From assembly GCF_056712565.1 (NCBI RefSeq), contig NZ_CM160072.1: 64,000 bases of DNA; one strand, written 5' to 3'. The translations under genes and the position numbers were made by a program. The notes below the pieces were generated by a model that was given only the letters and a program-made list of their open reading frames with translations, did not search any database and had not been told where the DNA came from. Of the stretch, positions 30,899 to 43,732 are shown piece after piece (positions within the stretch are counted from its first letter, which is position 1; every line of letters begins with the position of its first letter).

Positions 30899-31578
30899 GC
30901 TTGCGCTCCTTGCGTTGGGTTGCGACGTTCTTCGAAGTTAAGCCAGACGCGCAAAATGTTGGCTCCGACAAATTTAAACACCAGGATGACGGCTAAAGGT
31001 ACGATTACGGACGTGCCCAGAAAGGCAAACACCGCGACGCCGGAAGAGAAGTAGTTGGTGATGATGGCGCTACCGCTGGTTTGATATGCGGCGAAAATCA
31101 CTTTATCGCGTTCGGTAATTTCACCTTCCTGCGCCAGCTCTTTGGTCATACCGGCGGCGGCATCGGTGTTTTGCAGGTTAGCGATCAGCGCCAGCGAGCA
31201 GATCCCTGGAATGCCCAACAACGGTTTTAGCACAGGTGTCATTAACTGCTGCGCGGCGCGTAATCCACCAAGACCATCGGTAATTGAAATAATCCCCAGA
31301 GAGAGAATGACTGACGGTGCCAGCTCCAGCGCAAAGAGAAAGCCATCTTTAGCCCCCGCGCCACCCGCGCCGCGAAATGAGGTGGTGGCTCCGTTCGCAC
31401 CAGGCAGTTGCCCAAACGATCCGTTCAGAACGGAAAAATCAAAAACGCGCCACCAGCTGTCTGTTCCGGAAAAAACACCGGAAAAAAAGATTATGGTGAG
31501 AAAAAAGGCCAGATACCCTTTAATGCCCACTTTTTCTGTCGCCAGCTCCCCGGCTACAGCATCCCCTTGTTGTGTCAT
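30895..31578 (-). CDS. yjiH: Inner-membrane protein YjiH
   Basis: ORF 30895-31590; start set at MTQQGDAV (about 227 aa). Confidence 0.75.
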   Translation of the reverse strand: MTQQGDAVAGELATEKVGIKGYLAFFLTIIFFSGVFSGTDSWWRVFDFSVLNGSFGQLPGANGATTSFRGAGGAGAKDGFLFALELAPSVILSLGIISITDGLGGLRAAQQLMTPVLKPLLGIPGICSLALIANLQNTDAAAGMTKELAQEGEITERDKVIFAAYQTSGSAIITNYFSSGVAVFAFLGTSVIVPLAVILVFKFVGANILRVWLNFEERRNPTQGAQA

Positions 31579-31827
31579 AACAATCCCCATTGTTTTTTTG
31601 TGTTTGTGTGTTGCTTGAGCCAGGAAAATTCCTGGAACTGAAAAACCTTATCAGCCATGTGGGTATGGGGAAAATGCAAGTATGTTTCTGGCTATGCGTT
31701 TTTTGCATAGCGGAAAAATTACGCTGTGTGGAAAAGGCTCTGCGCAGGATTGAGTTGCAGAAAATTCATAAACCAAGTGACAATGACATCAGTAAATAAA
31801 AACAGAAAATCCAGGGACGAAAACGAG

Positions 31828-32382
31828 ATGGCAAAGTACAACGAAAAAGAGCTGGCGGATACGAGCAAGTTTTTAAGTTTTGTCCTCCGACACAAACCGG
31901 AGGCGATTGGTATCGTACTGGACCGTGAAGGATGGGCGGATATCGATAAGCTCATACTTTGTGCCCAAAAAGCGGGCAAGCGGTTAACCCGTGCATTGCT
32001 GGATACTGTGGTTGCCACCAGCGATAAAAAGCGTTTTAGTTATTCCAGTGATGGTAGGTGCATCCGCGCGGTTCAGGGGCATTCGACTTCGCAGGTCGCT
32101 ATTTCCTTTGCCGAAAAAACACCGCCACAGTTTCTCTACCACGGTACGGCAAGCCGTTTCCTTGACGAGATAAAAAAACAGGGGCTGATTGCAGGTGAGC
32201 GTCACTACGTACATCTCTCTGCTGATGAAGCAACGGCACGCAAAGTGGGAGCAAGACACGGATCGCCGGTTATTTTAACCGTCAAAGCACAGGAAATGGC
32301 GAAACGAGGCCTCCCTTTCTGGCAAGCGGAAAACGGGGTCTGGCTGACATCAACGGTTGCGGTTGAGTTTCTTGAGTGGTAA
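31828..32382 (+). CDS. kptA: RNA 2'-phosphotransferase KptA (Tpt1 family)
   Basis: ORF 31726-32382; start set at [25 protein letters not shown] (184 aa). Confidence 0.85.
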   Translation: MAKYNEKELADTSKFLSFVLRHKPEAIGIVLDREGWADIDKLILCAQKAGKRLTRALLDTVVATSDKKRFSYSSDGRCIRAVQGHSTSQVAISFAEKTPPQFLYHGTASRFLDEIKKQGLIAGERHYVHLSADEATARKVGARHGSPVILTVKAQEMAKRGLPFWQAENGVWLTSTVAVEFLEW

Positions 32383-32394
32383 GGGAAACTTCCC

Positions 32395-33573
32395 TCATGA
32401 AGTGACCACTTGTAGCTTAAATAATTGCACTGTGCTGATAAGCGCAGCAATAAACAACGCCGCCGCGCCGCAGAGAGTGGCGCTGGCAAGCGCCGATGTT
32501 CCATTGCTGAGCATACTAGTCAGCGCCGGGCCGAGGATTTGCCCAATGCCGTAAATGAGCGTCACAAAGCCTAAAAGATTGAGATTTCCCGGTACGCTCA
32601 GTTGGCGGGCGATAGTCATCACCAGAGATGTCGTGCCCATAAAGGTACCGCCAAAACCAAGACTGCTGATGATAAGCAAGAGAGGCGAGTCGCTGGCGAG
32701 AGTAAGCAGCACACAGATAGCCTGCACCAGCAAATTCGCCGTCAGGCAGGGCAAAGCCCCCCAACGTTTTGCTGCCCATAGCCAGCCAAAGCAACCAGGC
32801 ACAATTGATAAGCCGACTAACGTCCAGAGATGGGCGGTTAACAATGGTGAGCCTGCATCTTTCGCCATGAGCGGCAGGTAAGTCGCGACGATGATATAAC
32901 CAAATCCCGCCAGGCCGTACAGAATAGCCAGTAACCACCAGCTCATTATCTGTTGCTCCGTTTTTGCCAATGGCATTGGTGTGATGGCGTGTTTTTTCGA
33001 GGGCATTAAAAGCGTAAGTGCAATCAGCATCATGCCAGAAAGCGCCCCGGCGCCTTGCCATAACGTTTGCGAGGAGAGGTCAAAATGCAGGCCTGCCAGA
33101 ACATATTCATTGCCCAGTGCGATGCCAATGCCAACGCCAGAAAACAAAGCTGCCAGCACAAAAGGATGGCGCGTGTGCTGCATAATCAGCGTCGAACCAA
33201 AAATCAGCATACCGGCGCTGGCGACACCCGCCAGGACGCGAATCAATAACACCAGAATAAATGGCGGCAACCATGCCATTGCGAGGATCAACAACCCGCT
33301 CGCCAGGGCAGAAGCCAACAGAAATGGGCGCAGGCGCGATGGCTGGTGAAATGCGCCAAAAGAAAATAGCAGACTGCCAGCCAGATACCCCGCATAGTTG
33401 CCGCTGGCAATCCACGAGAGCTGGCTAAATGAAAACGATCCTTCCGCCATCATGACGGGCAACATAGGCGTATAAAGGAAGCGGCCTAAACCCATACCTA
33501 AGGTCAGAACCAGCATCCCGAAAAGCGCGGTGCTGAAAGAAAAGCGTTCTACGGGATGCGTGGACGAAGGCAT
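32395..33573 (-). CDS. yjiJ: MFS transporter YjiJ
   Basis: 392-aa ORF with many predicted transmembrane segments. Confidence 0.8.
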
Positions 33574-33640
33574 GTTTAACCTTGTTTGTCATTTTTGTTG
33601 TTAACAAGTTAATAACAAAAAGGTGAAGCATGCCAGCCTG

Positions 33641-35593
<1,953 letters not shown>

Positions 35594-35596
35594 TCC

Positions 35597-36748
35597 TTAC
35601 AGCATCTCAATAAAGGCCGCGACACGGGTACTGAGCTGCCCGACATCCGAGGTGGAGTAGTCTGTTTCAATAGCGATATAAGGAATGTTGTGCTGCTGGC
35701 GCACATGACGTTTAATCGCCAGCGATTCCACCGCGTAGGTATGGCACGCCTGCAAAATCACATCAACTACGCCATCGACCTGATATTCCTCCACCATCTG
35801 GCTGAGCATTTTCAGGCGCTGATCGTTCGGCGAAACACAGGAGCAGCCAATCGCCAGATATTTATCCGCCAGCGCGTCGTAGACATCGCCCGTTTCTGCC
35901 ACGCATTGCTCGGTCGCTTTCGCCCCGGTGCAGTTTTCATAACCGACAACCCAGCCGCCATTCTCTTCAATCGCGCGCACCACTTTTTCTGCTGCGCCGC
36001 CAATCGGGCAGCCGGTGATTAAAATGCGCGGACGCGGGTCCAGTCGCTGGCCTTCTTCCCACTGCTGACGAACGCGGGCGGTCATTGCATCCAGTTCATT
36101 GATCAACGCCTCTTTATCGAACCGGAAGGTTGCGCCGTAAACCACTTTCAGAATGTCGCTGCCGCTAAGCGCCGGAGGATTTAACTGCCCAAGATGATAA
36201 AAGTTGGCCAGTGCGCGACGTTCGCGGTTTTTCAGCGCAATGGCATCGCGCAGAGCATCTTCGCTAATCTCGTGCCCAAAACGTTCTTCTACCGTTTTTT
36301 GCAAGCGCAGCATCTCGGCTTTCCATAATGCACGCGAGGCATCGTCCTTAACGCTGTTTGGCAACTGCATCACATGAACGGGCTTAAATTCTGCCATGTA
36401 TTCATACATTTTCTTTTTGCCGTCGCAGGTGGTTTCACCGACCACCAGATCAGAAAAGTAGAAGTAGGGGCATTTATCGGTTTTGCCGAAGCCGTAGCTG
36501 CTTTTAATCAGCGGGCAGAGGTTGCGCGGCAGATCTTTCTCGGCTTCTTCAATGGTTTCATCAGAGGTGGAACATAGCGAAACCACAACCGCACCGGCTG
36601 CCATCGGGATCTCTTGCGGCATAAAGGTGCAGTAGGTGCCAACCAGCGGAATGCCGCGCTCCTTGAGATCCATGACGGTGAGAAAGCCTTTCTGGCGAGC
36701 TTCAGAGAACTGATCGAAAATGGCGGGTAGATCGGTGACAAGTGACAT
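35597..36748 (-). CDS. yjiM: YjiM, 2-hydroxyacyl-CoA dehydratase HgdB-like component
   Basis: ORF 35597-36769; start set at MSLVTDLPAIFDQ (383 aa); immediately upstream of yjiL. Confidence 0.8.
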   Translation of the reverse strand: MSLVTDLPAIFDQFSEARQKGFLTVMDLKERGIPLVGTYCTFMPQEIPMAAGAVVVSLCSTSDETIEEAEKDLPRNLCPLIKSSYGFGKTDKCPYFYFSDLVVGETTCDGKKKMYEYMAEFKPVHVMQLPNSVKDDASRALWKAEMLRLQKTVEERFGHEISEDALRDAIALKNRERRALANFYHLGQLNPPALSGSDILKVVYGATFRFDKEALINELDAMTARVRQQWEEGQRLDPRPRILITGCPIGGAAEKVVRAIEENGGWVVGYENCTGAKATEQCVAETGDVYDALADKYLAIGCSCVSPNDQRLKMLSQMVEEYQVDGVVDVILQACHTYAVESLAIKRHVRQQHNIPYIAIETDYSTSDVGQLSTRVAAFIEML

Positions 36749-36863
36749 GATTTTCCTTCCCCGTACCACGGGAGATAATGAAAAGAGGCCACATTATTAC
36801 CATTCTTTTAGTGTGGTTTATTTGATCTCTCTCGCGGTTAGCCACTTAGTTTTTCATGGATTT

Positions 36864-38144
36864 CTATAAATTGCCGAGGGGGAACAAGGCCGGGAGCTGC
36901 GACAGCAAATACAAAATAAGTCCAATACAACCGCCAACCAGCGTACCGTTGACACGGATAAACTGGAGATCTTTGCCGATATTTAACTCGATTTGCCGCG
37001 ACATATCCCGTGCGTCCCAGCTTTTTACCGTGTCGCTGATATGGCGAGTCAGGAATGCGGAAAACTCAGGCGCAATGCGGTGTGCGGCTTGTTCCAGATG
37101 ACCATTTAACGACGCCCGCAAGGCATCATCGGCAATTAACGTTTCGCCAAACCATTGACCCGCCCGCGCGATACGTTCTTTCACACGAGAATCTTCACTG
37201 TTGATATCCGCATTCAGCCATTCCCGTAAATCCCCCCACAATTCACTGAGATAGCGGTTAAAAGCTTCATCTTCTTTCAGATAGCTTTTTACGGCATCGG
37301 CTCGCGCTGCCATTTCCGGATCGTTTTTCAGCTTGTCGATCAGGGCAAAAGTGGCGCGATCAAACGCATGGCGGATCTGATGCGCACGATCGCGGCTGAT
37401 ATCATCAAGCAAAGAATTCACCGCGTCAGAAACCAACTCCGCGCTATGTTCGCCCAGCCATTCAGTGGGCAAAATTTTGGCTTTCAGTGGATGCTCGCTC
37501 TCCAGCCAGCGAACAATTTGCTGGGCGATAAACTTGCGCGATTTATCGCGCTGGAGAAGGGCGATCAACTGTGCGATCAGCGTATCGAGCAGCACCTGAT
37601 GACGATCGTTTCTGGTCATGCTCTCCAGAATCAGTGCGCTGGTGCCGGAAAGATCGACCTTATCGATCGCCCGGTGGACCGCGCGCTTAAGCAGGCGCTG
37701 AATACGCGCATCATCGGTCAGTTCGAGAAAACCGCTCATGATCTGTAACAGATGCTGACCAACGCGGCGGGCGTTCTCCGGCTGACTAAACCAGTTGCCA
37801 ATCAACAACGCCGGTTCGTGACGTCGAATCAATGCCACCAGCGATTGGGTATCGAGAAATTTTTCCTGCACGAACTGGCCGAGATTTTCGCCAATCCGGT
37901 CTTTATTACGCGGGATAATCGCCGTATGACGAGAAATGATCGGAATCGGCACGCGGCGAAACAGCGCCACCACCGCAAACCAGTCCGCCAGCGCGCCGAC
38001 CATCGCCGCTTCAGCAATCGCCTTCACACCGCTCACCCAAAAATTGGGCGGCAAAAACAGCGTAACGACAAAGGTAGCAGCGGCGATAAGCAGTAAAGAG
38101 AGAGCCAACATTTTGGCGCGTCTGAGTTCAATGAGTTTATTCAT
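36864..38144 (-). CDS. yjiN: Inner-membrane protein YjiN (DUF445)
   Basis: ORF 36864-38180; start set at [16 protein letters not shown] (426 aa). Confidence 0.75.
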   Translation of the reverse strand: MNKLIELRRAKMLALSLLLIAAATFVVTLFLPPNFWVSGVKAIAEAAMVGALADWFAVVALFRRVPIPIISRHTAIIPRNKDRIGENLGQFVQEKFLDTQSLVALIRRHEPALLIGNWFSQPENARRVGQHLLQIMSGFLELTDDARIQRLLKRAVHRAIDKVDLSGTSALILESMTRNDRHQVLLDTLIAQLIALLQRDKSRKFIAQQIVRWLESEHPLKAKILPTEWLGEHSAELVSDAVNSLLDDISRDRAHQIRHAFDRATFALIDKLKNDPEMAARADAVKSYLKEDEAFNRYLSELWGDLREWLNADINSEDSRVKERIARAGQWFGETLIADDALRASLNGHLEQAAHRIAPEFSAFLTRHISDTVKSWDARDMSRQIELNIGKDLQFIRVNGTLVGGCIGLILYLLSQLPALFPLGNL

Positions 38145-38328
38145 ATCGTAAGAATAGAGCCTGACGGTAAGAAAACGCAAAAAGCGAGATATCTTCCATA
38201 AAAATGTATCGTTTGCAGAAGAATAAAAATAGCCTGGAAACCGCCTCGGGGAATAGGAAATAGCCAGGTGTGAATGGCTTTGTTAGTCGCTAAAGTTGGG
38301 CCATCTTATCTACAGGTGACGGATCGCC

Positions 38329-39249
38329 ATGACAAACTTTACGACCAGCACGCCGCATGACGCATTATTTAAATCCTTTCTCACACACTCTGACACCGCG
38401 CGGGATTTTATGGAGATCCACTTACCCAAAGATTTACGTGAACTGTGCGATCTCGATAGCTTAAAACTGGAATCCGCCAGCTTTGTCGATGAAAAATTGC
38501 GGGCGCTACATTCCGATATTCTGTGGTCGGTAAAGACCCGTGAAGGCGATGGCTATATTTATGTAGTGATTGAACATCAGAGCCGTGAGGATATTCATAT
38601 GGCCTTTCGTCTGATGCGATATTCCATGGCGGTGATGCAGCGCCATATCGAACATGATAAACGCCGGCAGCTACCACTGGTCATCCCGATGCTGTTTTAT
38701 CACGGTAGCCGTAGCCCTTATCCTTGGTCTTTGTGCTGGCTGGACGAATTTGCCGACCCAACTACCGCACGGAAGCTTTATACCGCCGCGTTCCCGCTGG
38801 TGGATATCACTGTCGTGCCAGACGACGAGATTGTGCAGCATCGCAGAGTCGCCCTGTTGGAGTTGATCCAAAAGCATATTCGCCAGCGCGATCTGATGGG
38901 GCTTATTGACCAACTGGTAGTATTACTGGTTACAGAGTGTGCTAATGACAGCCAGATAACTGCGCTGTTAAATTACATTTTACTGACTGGTGATGAAGCG
39001 CGTTTTAATGAGTTTATCAGTGAAATTACCCGTCGACTGCCACAACAAAGGGAGCGAATAATGACGATTGCAGAGCGAATTCATAATGATGGATATATAA
39101 AAGGGGAACAGCGCATTCTTCGATTGTTTTTGCAGAATGGGGTAGATCCTGAATGGATACAAAAGATTACCGGACTTTCGGCAGAGCAAATACAGGCATT
39201 AGAGCAGCCCTTGCCTGAGCGTGAGCCTTATTCATGGCTCAAGAGCTAA
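38329..39249 (+). CDS. rpnD: Recombination-promoting nuclease RpnD (PD-(D/E)XK, Rpn/YhgA-like); intact here
   Basis: 306-aa uninterrupted ORF with Rpn-family N-terminus ([25 protein letters not shown]). Confidence 0.8.
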   Translation: MTNFTTSTPHDALFKSFLTHSDTARDFMEIHLPKDLRELCDLDSLKLESASFVDEKLRALHSDILWSVKTREGDGYIYVVIEHQSREDIHMAFRLMRYSMAVMQRHIEHDKRRQLPLVIPMLFYHGSRSPYPWSLCWLDEFADPTTARKLYTAAFPLVDITVVPDDEIVQHRRVALLELIQKHIRQRDLMGLIDQLVVLLVTECANDSQITALLNYILLTGDEARFNEFISEITRRLPQQRERIMTIAERIHNDGYIKGEQRILRLFLQNGVDPEWIQKITGLSAEQIQALEQPLPEREPYSWLKS

Positions 39250-39267
39250 TCAGAGACGGATGACAAA

Positions 39268-39376
39268 CGCAAAGCTGCCTGATGCGCTACGCTTATCAGA
39301 CCTACATTATCTCTGCAATCTATTGAATTTGCGCGGTTTGTAGGCCGGATAAGGCGTTCACGCCGCATCCGGCATG
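39268..39376. repeat. BIME-like pair of REP elements
   Basis: GCCTGATGCGCTACGCTTATCAGACCTACA and TGTAGGCCGGATAAGGCGTTCACGCCGCATCCGGCA in opposite orientation. Confidence 0.65.
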
Positions 39377-39654
39377 AACGAAGCACACTTTACGTGGCGA
39401 TGATAGTGACCTTCCTGCACCAACCTTGCCGCCGCCATTTATGTGAACGGTACATTAACGCTGCTGGTGGCAGCAAATGCAGACCCGGTGCGTGTTACAG
39501 CAGGTGAGAGATGAACGGTTAAAGGATATTGGGTTATGCAGGGAGGATGTGGTGTAATGGAGAGAGTCCTTCACGAAACGATGGGATTTATATGTCACCT
39601 CGTCAGATAAGGGGTTATTATTGCGAAATCATCGCTTCACGGAAAGACGTCAGA

Positions 39655-41748
39655 ATGAAAGCTACAGAAGCCCGCCTACTCGATTTTTTAAAACGTTCGC
39701 AGCAGTTCGTTATTACCATTTATCAACGGACTTATTCATGGACAGAACAACAATGTCGGCAACTTTGGGACGACATCATTCGTGCCGGAAAGCGTGACGA
39801 TATATCAGCGCATTTTATCGGTTCGGTTGTTTATATTGAGCAGGGGTTGTATCAGGTTTCTGGTATTTCTCCGTTACTGGTCATTGATGGTCAACAAAGG
39901 CTGACGACCGCAATGTTGCTGATTGAGGCTTTATCGCGTCATCTTGGCGAAGACGAAGTTTTTGATGGCTTTTCAGCAATGAAATTGCGTAATTATTATT
40001 TACTCAATCCTTATGAGTCCGGCGAGAAAGGATTTAAATTACTGCTGACCGAGACTGATAAAGACAGTTTGCTGGCGTTAATAAAACAAAGACCAATGCC
40101 AGAAAACTATTCCCATCGAATAATGGAAAACTTTACTTTCTTTGATGAACAAATTACCAAACTCGGTGATGACTTGATCCCCTTATGTCGTGGGTTAGCA
40201 AAGTTATTAATTGTCGATGTGGCGCTTAATCGTGGTCAGGATAATCCGCAACTGATTTTTGAAAGTATGAACTCCACCGGTAAGGCATTAAGTCAGGCCG
40301 ATCTGGTGCGCAATTTTATTCTGATGGGCCTCGAACCAGAGCATCAAACCCGGTTGTATGAAGATCACTGGCGTCCAATGGAAGTCGCGTTTGGTCAGCA
40401 AGGTTACAGCGAATATTTTGACAGTTTTATGCGTCATTATCTGACGGTAAAAACGGGGGAGATCCCTCGGACAGATGAAGTCTATGAGGCATTTAAACTC
40501 CATGCCCGCAGCCAGAGTGTTGCTGAAAAAGGCGTAGATCGGCTGGTTGAAGATATTCACATCTACGCGGAGTATTACTGTGCAATGGCATTGGGAAAAG
40601 AAAGTGACAAATCGCTTGCTACGGCTTTTCAGGATTTGCGCGAGTTAAAGGTCGATGTGGCGTATCCTTTCTTACTGGCGCTTTATCATGACTATAAAAA
40701 TGGCGTTTTGTCTCACGAAGATTTCCTGAGCATAATTCGTTTAATTGAATCTTATGTTTTCCGCCGTGCAGTATGTGCGATTCCGACAAATTCTCTTAAC
40801 AAGACGTTTGCTACTTTTTATAAGGTCATTAATAAAGAAAAATATCTGGAAAGTATTCAGGTACATTTTCTGAATCTGCCTTCATATCGTCGTTTCCCCA
40901 ACGATGATGAATTTAAACGGGAATTAAAAGTTCGTGATCTCTATAATTTCCGTAGTCGCAGCTACTGGTTACGACGACTGGAAAACGATAAACGCAGAGA
41001 GCGCGTGGAAGAGTTTACGATTGAGCATATTATGCCGCAGAACGAAAATTTGTCGGCTAAATGGCGTGAAGAGCTGGGAAGTGACTGGCAACGCATTCAT
41101 AAAGAACTGTTGCATACGTTGGGGAATCTCACATTAACGCGCTATAACTCCCGCTACAGTGACAGACCTTTCGCGGAAAAACGCGATATTGAAGACGGCT
41201 TTAAACATAGCCCGCTCTATTTGAATATCGGTCTTGGACAGTGCGAAAAATGGGATGAAGCAGCCATTCGCGCCCGTGCAGATCGTCTGGCCGATCTCGC
41301 GGTTCAGGTCTGGCAAGCGCCTGCTCTTCCTGAAGAGGTTTTAGCTGTTTATCGGGCGCAGCCGGAGAACAAAACCAGTTACAGCCTGAGTGATTATCCT
41401 TTTCTTGCTGATGGTTCGCATAGCCGGGTGTTATTTGATCATCTTCGCGATGAAGTTATGCGCCTGGACGCAGGGATCACGCAGGAAGTTTTAAAGCTCT
41501 ATATTGCGTTTAAAGCTGAAACGAATTTTGTTGATGTTGTACCGCAAAAAAGCCGACTGCGGTTGTCGCTTAATATGCAGTTTCATGAACTGGTCGATCC
41601 GAAAGGTATTGCCAAAGATGTGACAAATGTTGGGCGATGGGGCAATGGTGATGTGGAAATTGGTTTCAGTGACCTCGCACAACTTCCTTACATTATGGGA
41701 TTAATTCGTCAGGCATTTGAAAAACAGATGGAGAGCGCGTTGGTATAA
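39655..41748 (+). CDS. DUF262/DUF1524 (GmrSD-like) protein, candidate type IV restriction / defence nuclease
   Basis: ORF 39529-41748; start set at MKATEARLLDF (697 aa). N-terminal DUF262 signature (YQRTYSW ... LVIDGQQRLTT) and C-terminal HNH-like DUF1524 signature (EHIMPQN ... LGNLTL..YN). Confidence 0.8.
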   Translation: MKATEARLLDFLKRSQQFVITIYQRTYSWTEQQCRQLWDDIIRAGKRDDISAHFIGSVVYIEQGLYQVSGISPLLVIDGQQRLTTAMLLIEALSRHLGEDEVFDGFSAMKLRNYYLLNPYESGEKGFKLLLTETDKDSLLALIKQRPMPENYSHRIMENFTFFDEQITKLGDDLIPLCRGLAKLLIVDVALNRGQDNPQLIFESMNSTGKALSQADLVRNFILMGLEPEHQTRLYEDHWRPMEVAFGQQGYSEYFDSFMRHYLTVKTGEIPRTDEVYEAFKLHARSQSVAEKGVDRLVEDIHIYAEYYCAMALGKESDKSLATAFQDLRELKVDVAYPFLLALYHDYKNGVLSHEDFLSIIRLIESYVFRRAVCAIPTNSLNKTFATFYKVINKEKYLESIQVHFLNLPSYRRFPNDDEFKRELKVRDLYNFRSRSYWLRRLENDKRRERVEEFTIEHIMPQNENLSAKWREELGSDWQRIHKELLHTLGNLTLTRYNSRYSDRPFAEKRDIEDGFKHSPLYLNIGLGQCEKWDEAAIRARADRLADLAVQVWQAPALPEEVLAVYRAQPENKTSYSLSDYPFLADGSHSRVLFDHLRDEVMRLDAGITQEVLKLYIAFKAETNFVDVVPQKSRLRLSLNMQFHELVDPKGIAKDVTNVGRWGNGDVEIGFSDLAQLPYIMGLIRQAFEKQMESALV

Positions 41749-41794
41749 CGTGGCGAATAATACCCGGTAGCACTGGCGCTACCGGGTCAATGTA

Positions 41795-42136
41795 TCAGGC
41801 GACTTTCTGTTTACCCGCAATCACCCCAATAAACTCCTGCACCTGCCTTTGTTTACGCGCCGACAGCTTGCACACCTGGCGAAGCGACTGCATCAGTTCG
41901 CTCTCTTCGGCGGCGGGGGGTTGGGCGGTGAGGACAATACAGCCTTCCATCACTTTGACATCTATCGCCGTGCCAGTGGCAAAACCGGCGGCTTCCAGCC
42001 ACTGACCTTTCAGGGTGATGGCGGGAATACGGCTGTAATCCGGGTAGCGACTCGCATAACTCACGGTTAATTGACGGTTATTTGCCGGGGAGACTTCTGC
42101 TTCGAACGGTTGTGCAATAGAATGCGTGTCAGTCAT
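41795..42136 (-). CDS. symE: SymE, SOS-induced toxin-like protein (113 aa)
   Basis: ORF 41795-42193; start set at [52 protein letters not shown], matching SymE. Confidence 0.85.
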   Translation of the reverse strand: MTDTHSIAQPFEAEVSPANNRQLTVSYASRYPDYSRIPAITLKGQWLEAAGFATGTAIDVKVMEGCIVLTAQPPAAEESELMQSLRQVCKLSARKQRQVQEFIGVIAGKQKVA

Positions 42137-42200
42137 GATTACTATTCTCCATAAATAGTGATTGTGATGAGCGGTGCGGGTGTGTTGGCGCACATCCGCA
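42120..42200 (+). ncRNA. symR: Putative SymR antisense sRNA overlapping the symE 5' end (approximate)
   Basis: SymR is known to be encoded antisense to the symE translation start; plus strand here includes GCGGGTGTGTTGGCGCACATCCGC hairpin. Ends not determinable. Confidence 0.35.
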
Positions 42201-42364
42201 TCGCGCTAAATACCTGGATATATCATCAGTAAATACAGGGAAAGTCCAGCTAAAAATAGAATAAAATGGGAAGTTTCTGGAACGATTTAAATATATTTGT
42301 GTGAGTTATGATTGGCGTAAAAATAATAAATAGCGCACCAGAAAGGTGCGCCAGAAAATAATGA

Positions 42365-43732
42365 TCAGGACTTTTTACGCGAGGCTTTTTTACCCCCGCT
42401 GGCTGCGCGTTCAGCTTTGATTTTCTCCAGCAACGCGGCGGCGCTGTTTTCACCGCTGATTAATTCCGGGTTTTCGGCCCGCCACTGGGCGGTGAGTTCA
42501 CCACGGAACGCTTTTGCCAGGATGGATTGCGTCAGATTGTTGACGCGGGCTAAGGCGTTGTTGACCTGTTTTTCTATTGTGTCGGCGTAGGCGAAGAGTT
42601 GCTCGACGCGGCGAACGATTTCAGCTTGTTCGGGAAGGGGGGGAACAGTTATTGGGTATGCAATTAATTTCTGTGCATTAATATTTGATTGACTGACCCC
42701 ATCAGATTTAACTGAATAGCAATATTGTCTCCCCAAAATGCTATTTAAATGGTAGTTAAGATAGTCAGGGTTTAAATCAGGTAAACATTGAACCCTAATC
42801 AAATAACCTGCATAAATAGCTGGTTGCTCTGATTTATATATGGCTGTTTTCCCGACAAGTTCAGGACTATTTGTACGATTGAATAATACATCATTGTACT
42901 CAAGTTTATACTTTTCAATTTCTATGGTATCTGACGTATAGACTAGATCCGTCCAGTCCAACTTTCCTCCCTGAAGATTGCCCATTCTTAATACAGGAAT
43001 GAGTCCTTCTTTATTAGACTTAGATGACGTTCCGTAACTTGGTTTTTTTATAAACTCCCCAAGTTTGCCTTCTCTCCACCCAGACAGGCTTGAATTATCT
43101 CTCCAGTCTTCAGTTAGTTTTCCTCTCACCGCTGCACCCAGAACCGCCTGACGAAAACGTTTCAGGATTTGTGGGATTTGCTCAAGACGTGCTTTGGTGC
43201 TGTCTACCTGTGCCAGCAGCGTATCGAGTTTTTCAGCGATGATTTTTTGTTCGGCAAACGGTACAAGAACAAATGGTAATGTTTTCGCAGAACTACCAGA
43301 AATTTCTTTAAAAGTTGTTCCTGTGCCCATTTCCTCTGCAATATGTCTGATGTTGCGGAGAAAGTAATATGCATAATCAGGAAAAATGTCTGAAGGAAAA
43401 GCAAAACTTTTGAAACCCTGGTTAGTCGCAATCTCATTTGCAGCAATAGCAACATATCCAATCGGTGCCCGGCTACTAAAAAGTATAGTGCCTTTGGGCA
43501 TTAGTTTTGCTGAACAAGAGGAATAGCCTAGTGTAGTTAAATCTCTGGCACCATGTGAGATATATTTCTCTTTATAACCGCTCAAATCGGCAGGCGTAAG
43601 CCAGGCGACTCCCTCACCCGAAGGTGCAAAATTTTCAGCGACTCCCGATTTTGGTGTCCCACCAGAGATGACATCAGCAATGTCGCCTATTTCAATCTGT
43701 TCCCACCCCTCCGGCAATTTCCCAGCACTCAT
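42365..43732 (-). CDS. hsdS: Type I restriction-modification specificity subunit HsdS (family IA), 455 aa
   Basis: N-terminus MSAGKLPEGW, central conserved region (EQKIIAEKLDTLLAQVDSTKAR...RFRQAVLG) and C-terminus (EQAEIVRRVEQLFAYADTIEKQVNNALARVNNL...) match EcoKI-type HsdS as I remember it; the two variable regions differ. Confidence 0.85.
   Translation of the reverse strand: MSAGKLPEGWEQIEIGDIADVISGGTPKSGVAENFAPSGEGVAWLTPADLSGYKEKYISHGARDLTTLGYSSCSAKLMPKGTILFSSRAPIGYVAIAANEIATNQGFKSFAFPSDIFPDYAYYFLRNIRHIAEEMGTGTTFKEISGSSAKTLPFVLVPFAEQKIIAEKLDTLLAQVDSTKARLEQIPQILKRFRQAVLGAAVRGKLTEDWRDNSSLSGWREGKLGEFIKKPSYGTSSKSNKEGLIPVLRMGNLQGGKLDWTDLVYTSDTIEIEKYKLEYNDVLFNRTNSPELVGKTAIYKSEQPAIYAGYLIRVQCLPDLNPDYLNYHLNSILGRQYCYSVKSDGVSQSNINAQKLIAYPITVPPLPEQAEIVRRVEQLFAYADTIEKQVNNALARVNNLTQSILAKAFRGELTAQWRAENPELISGENSAAALLEKIKAERAASGGKKASRKKS

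Noticed and set aside
31590-31799. 69-aa ORF upstream of kptA
   Set aside because: Overlaps the kptA 5' extension frame and promoter region; no conserved features.
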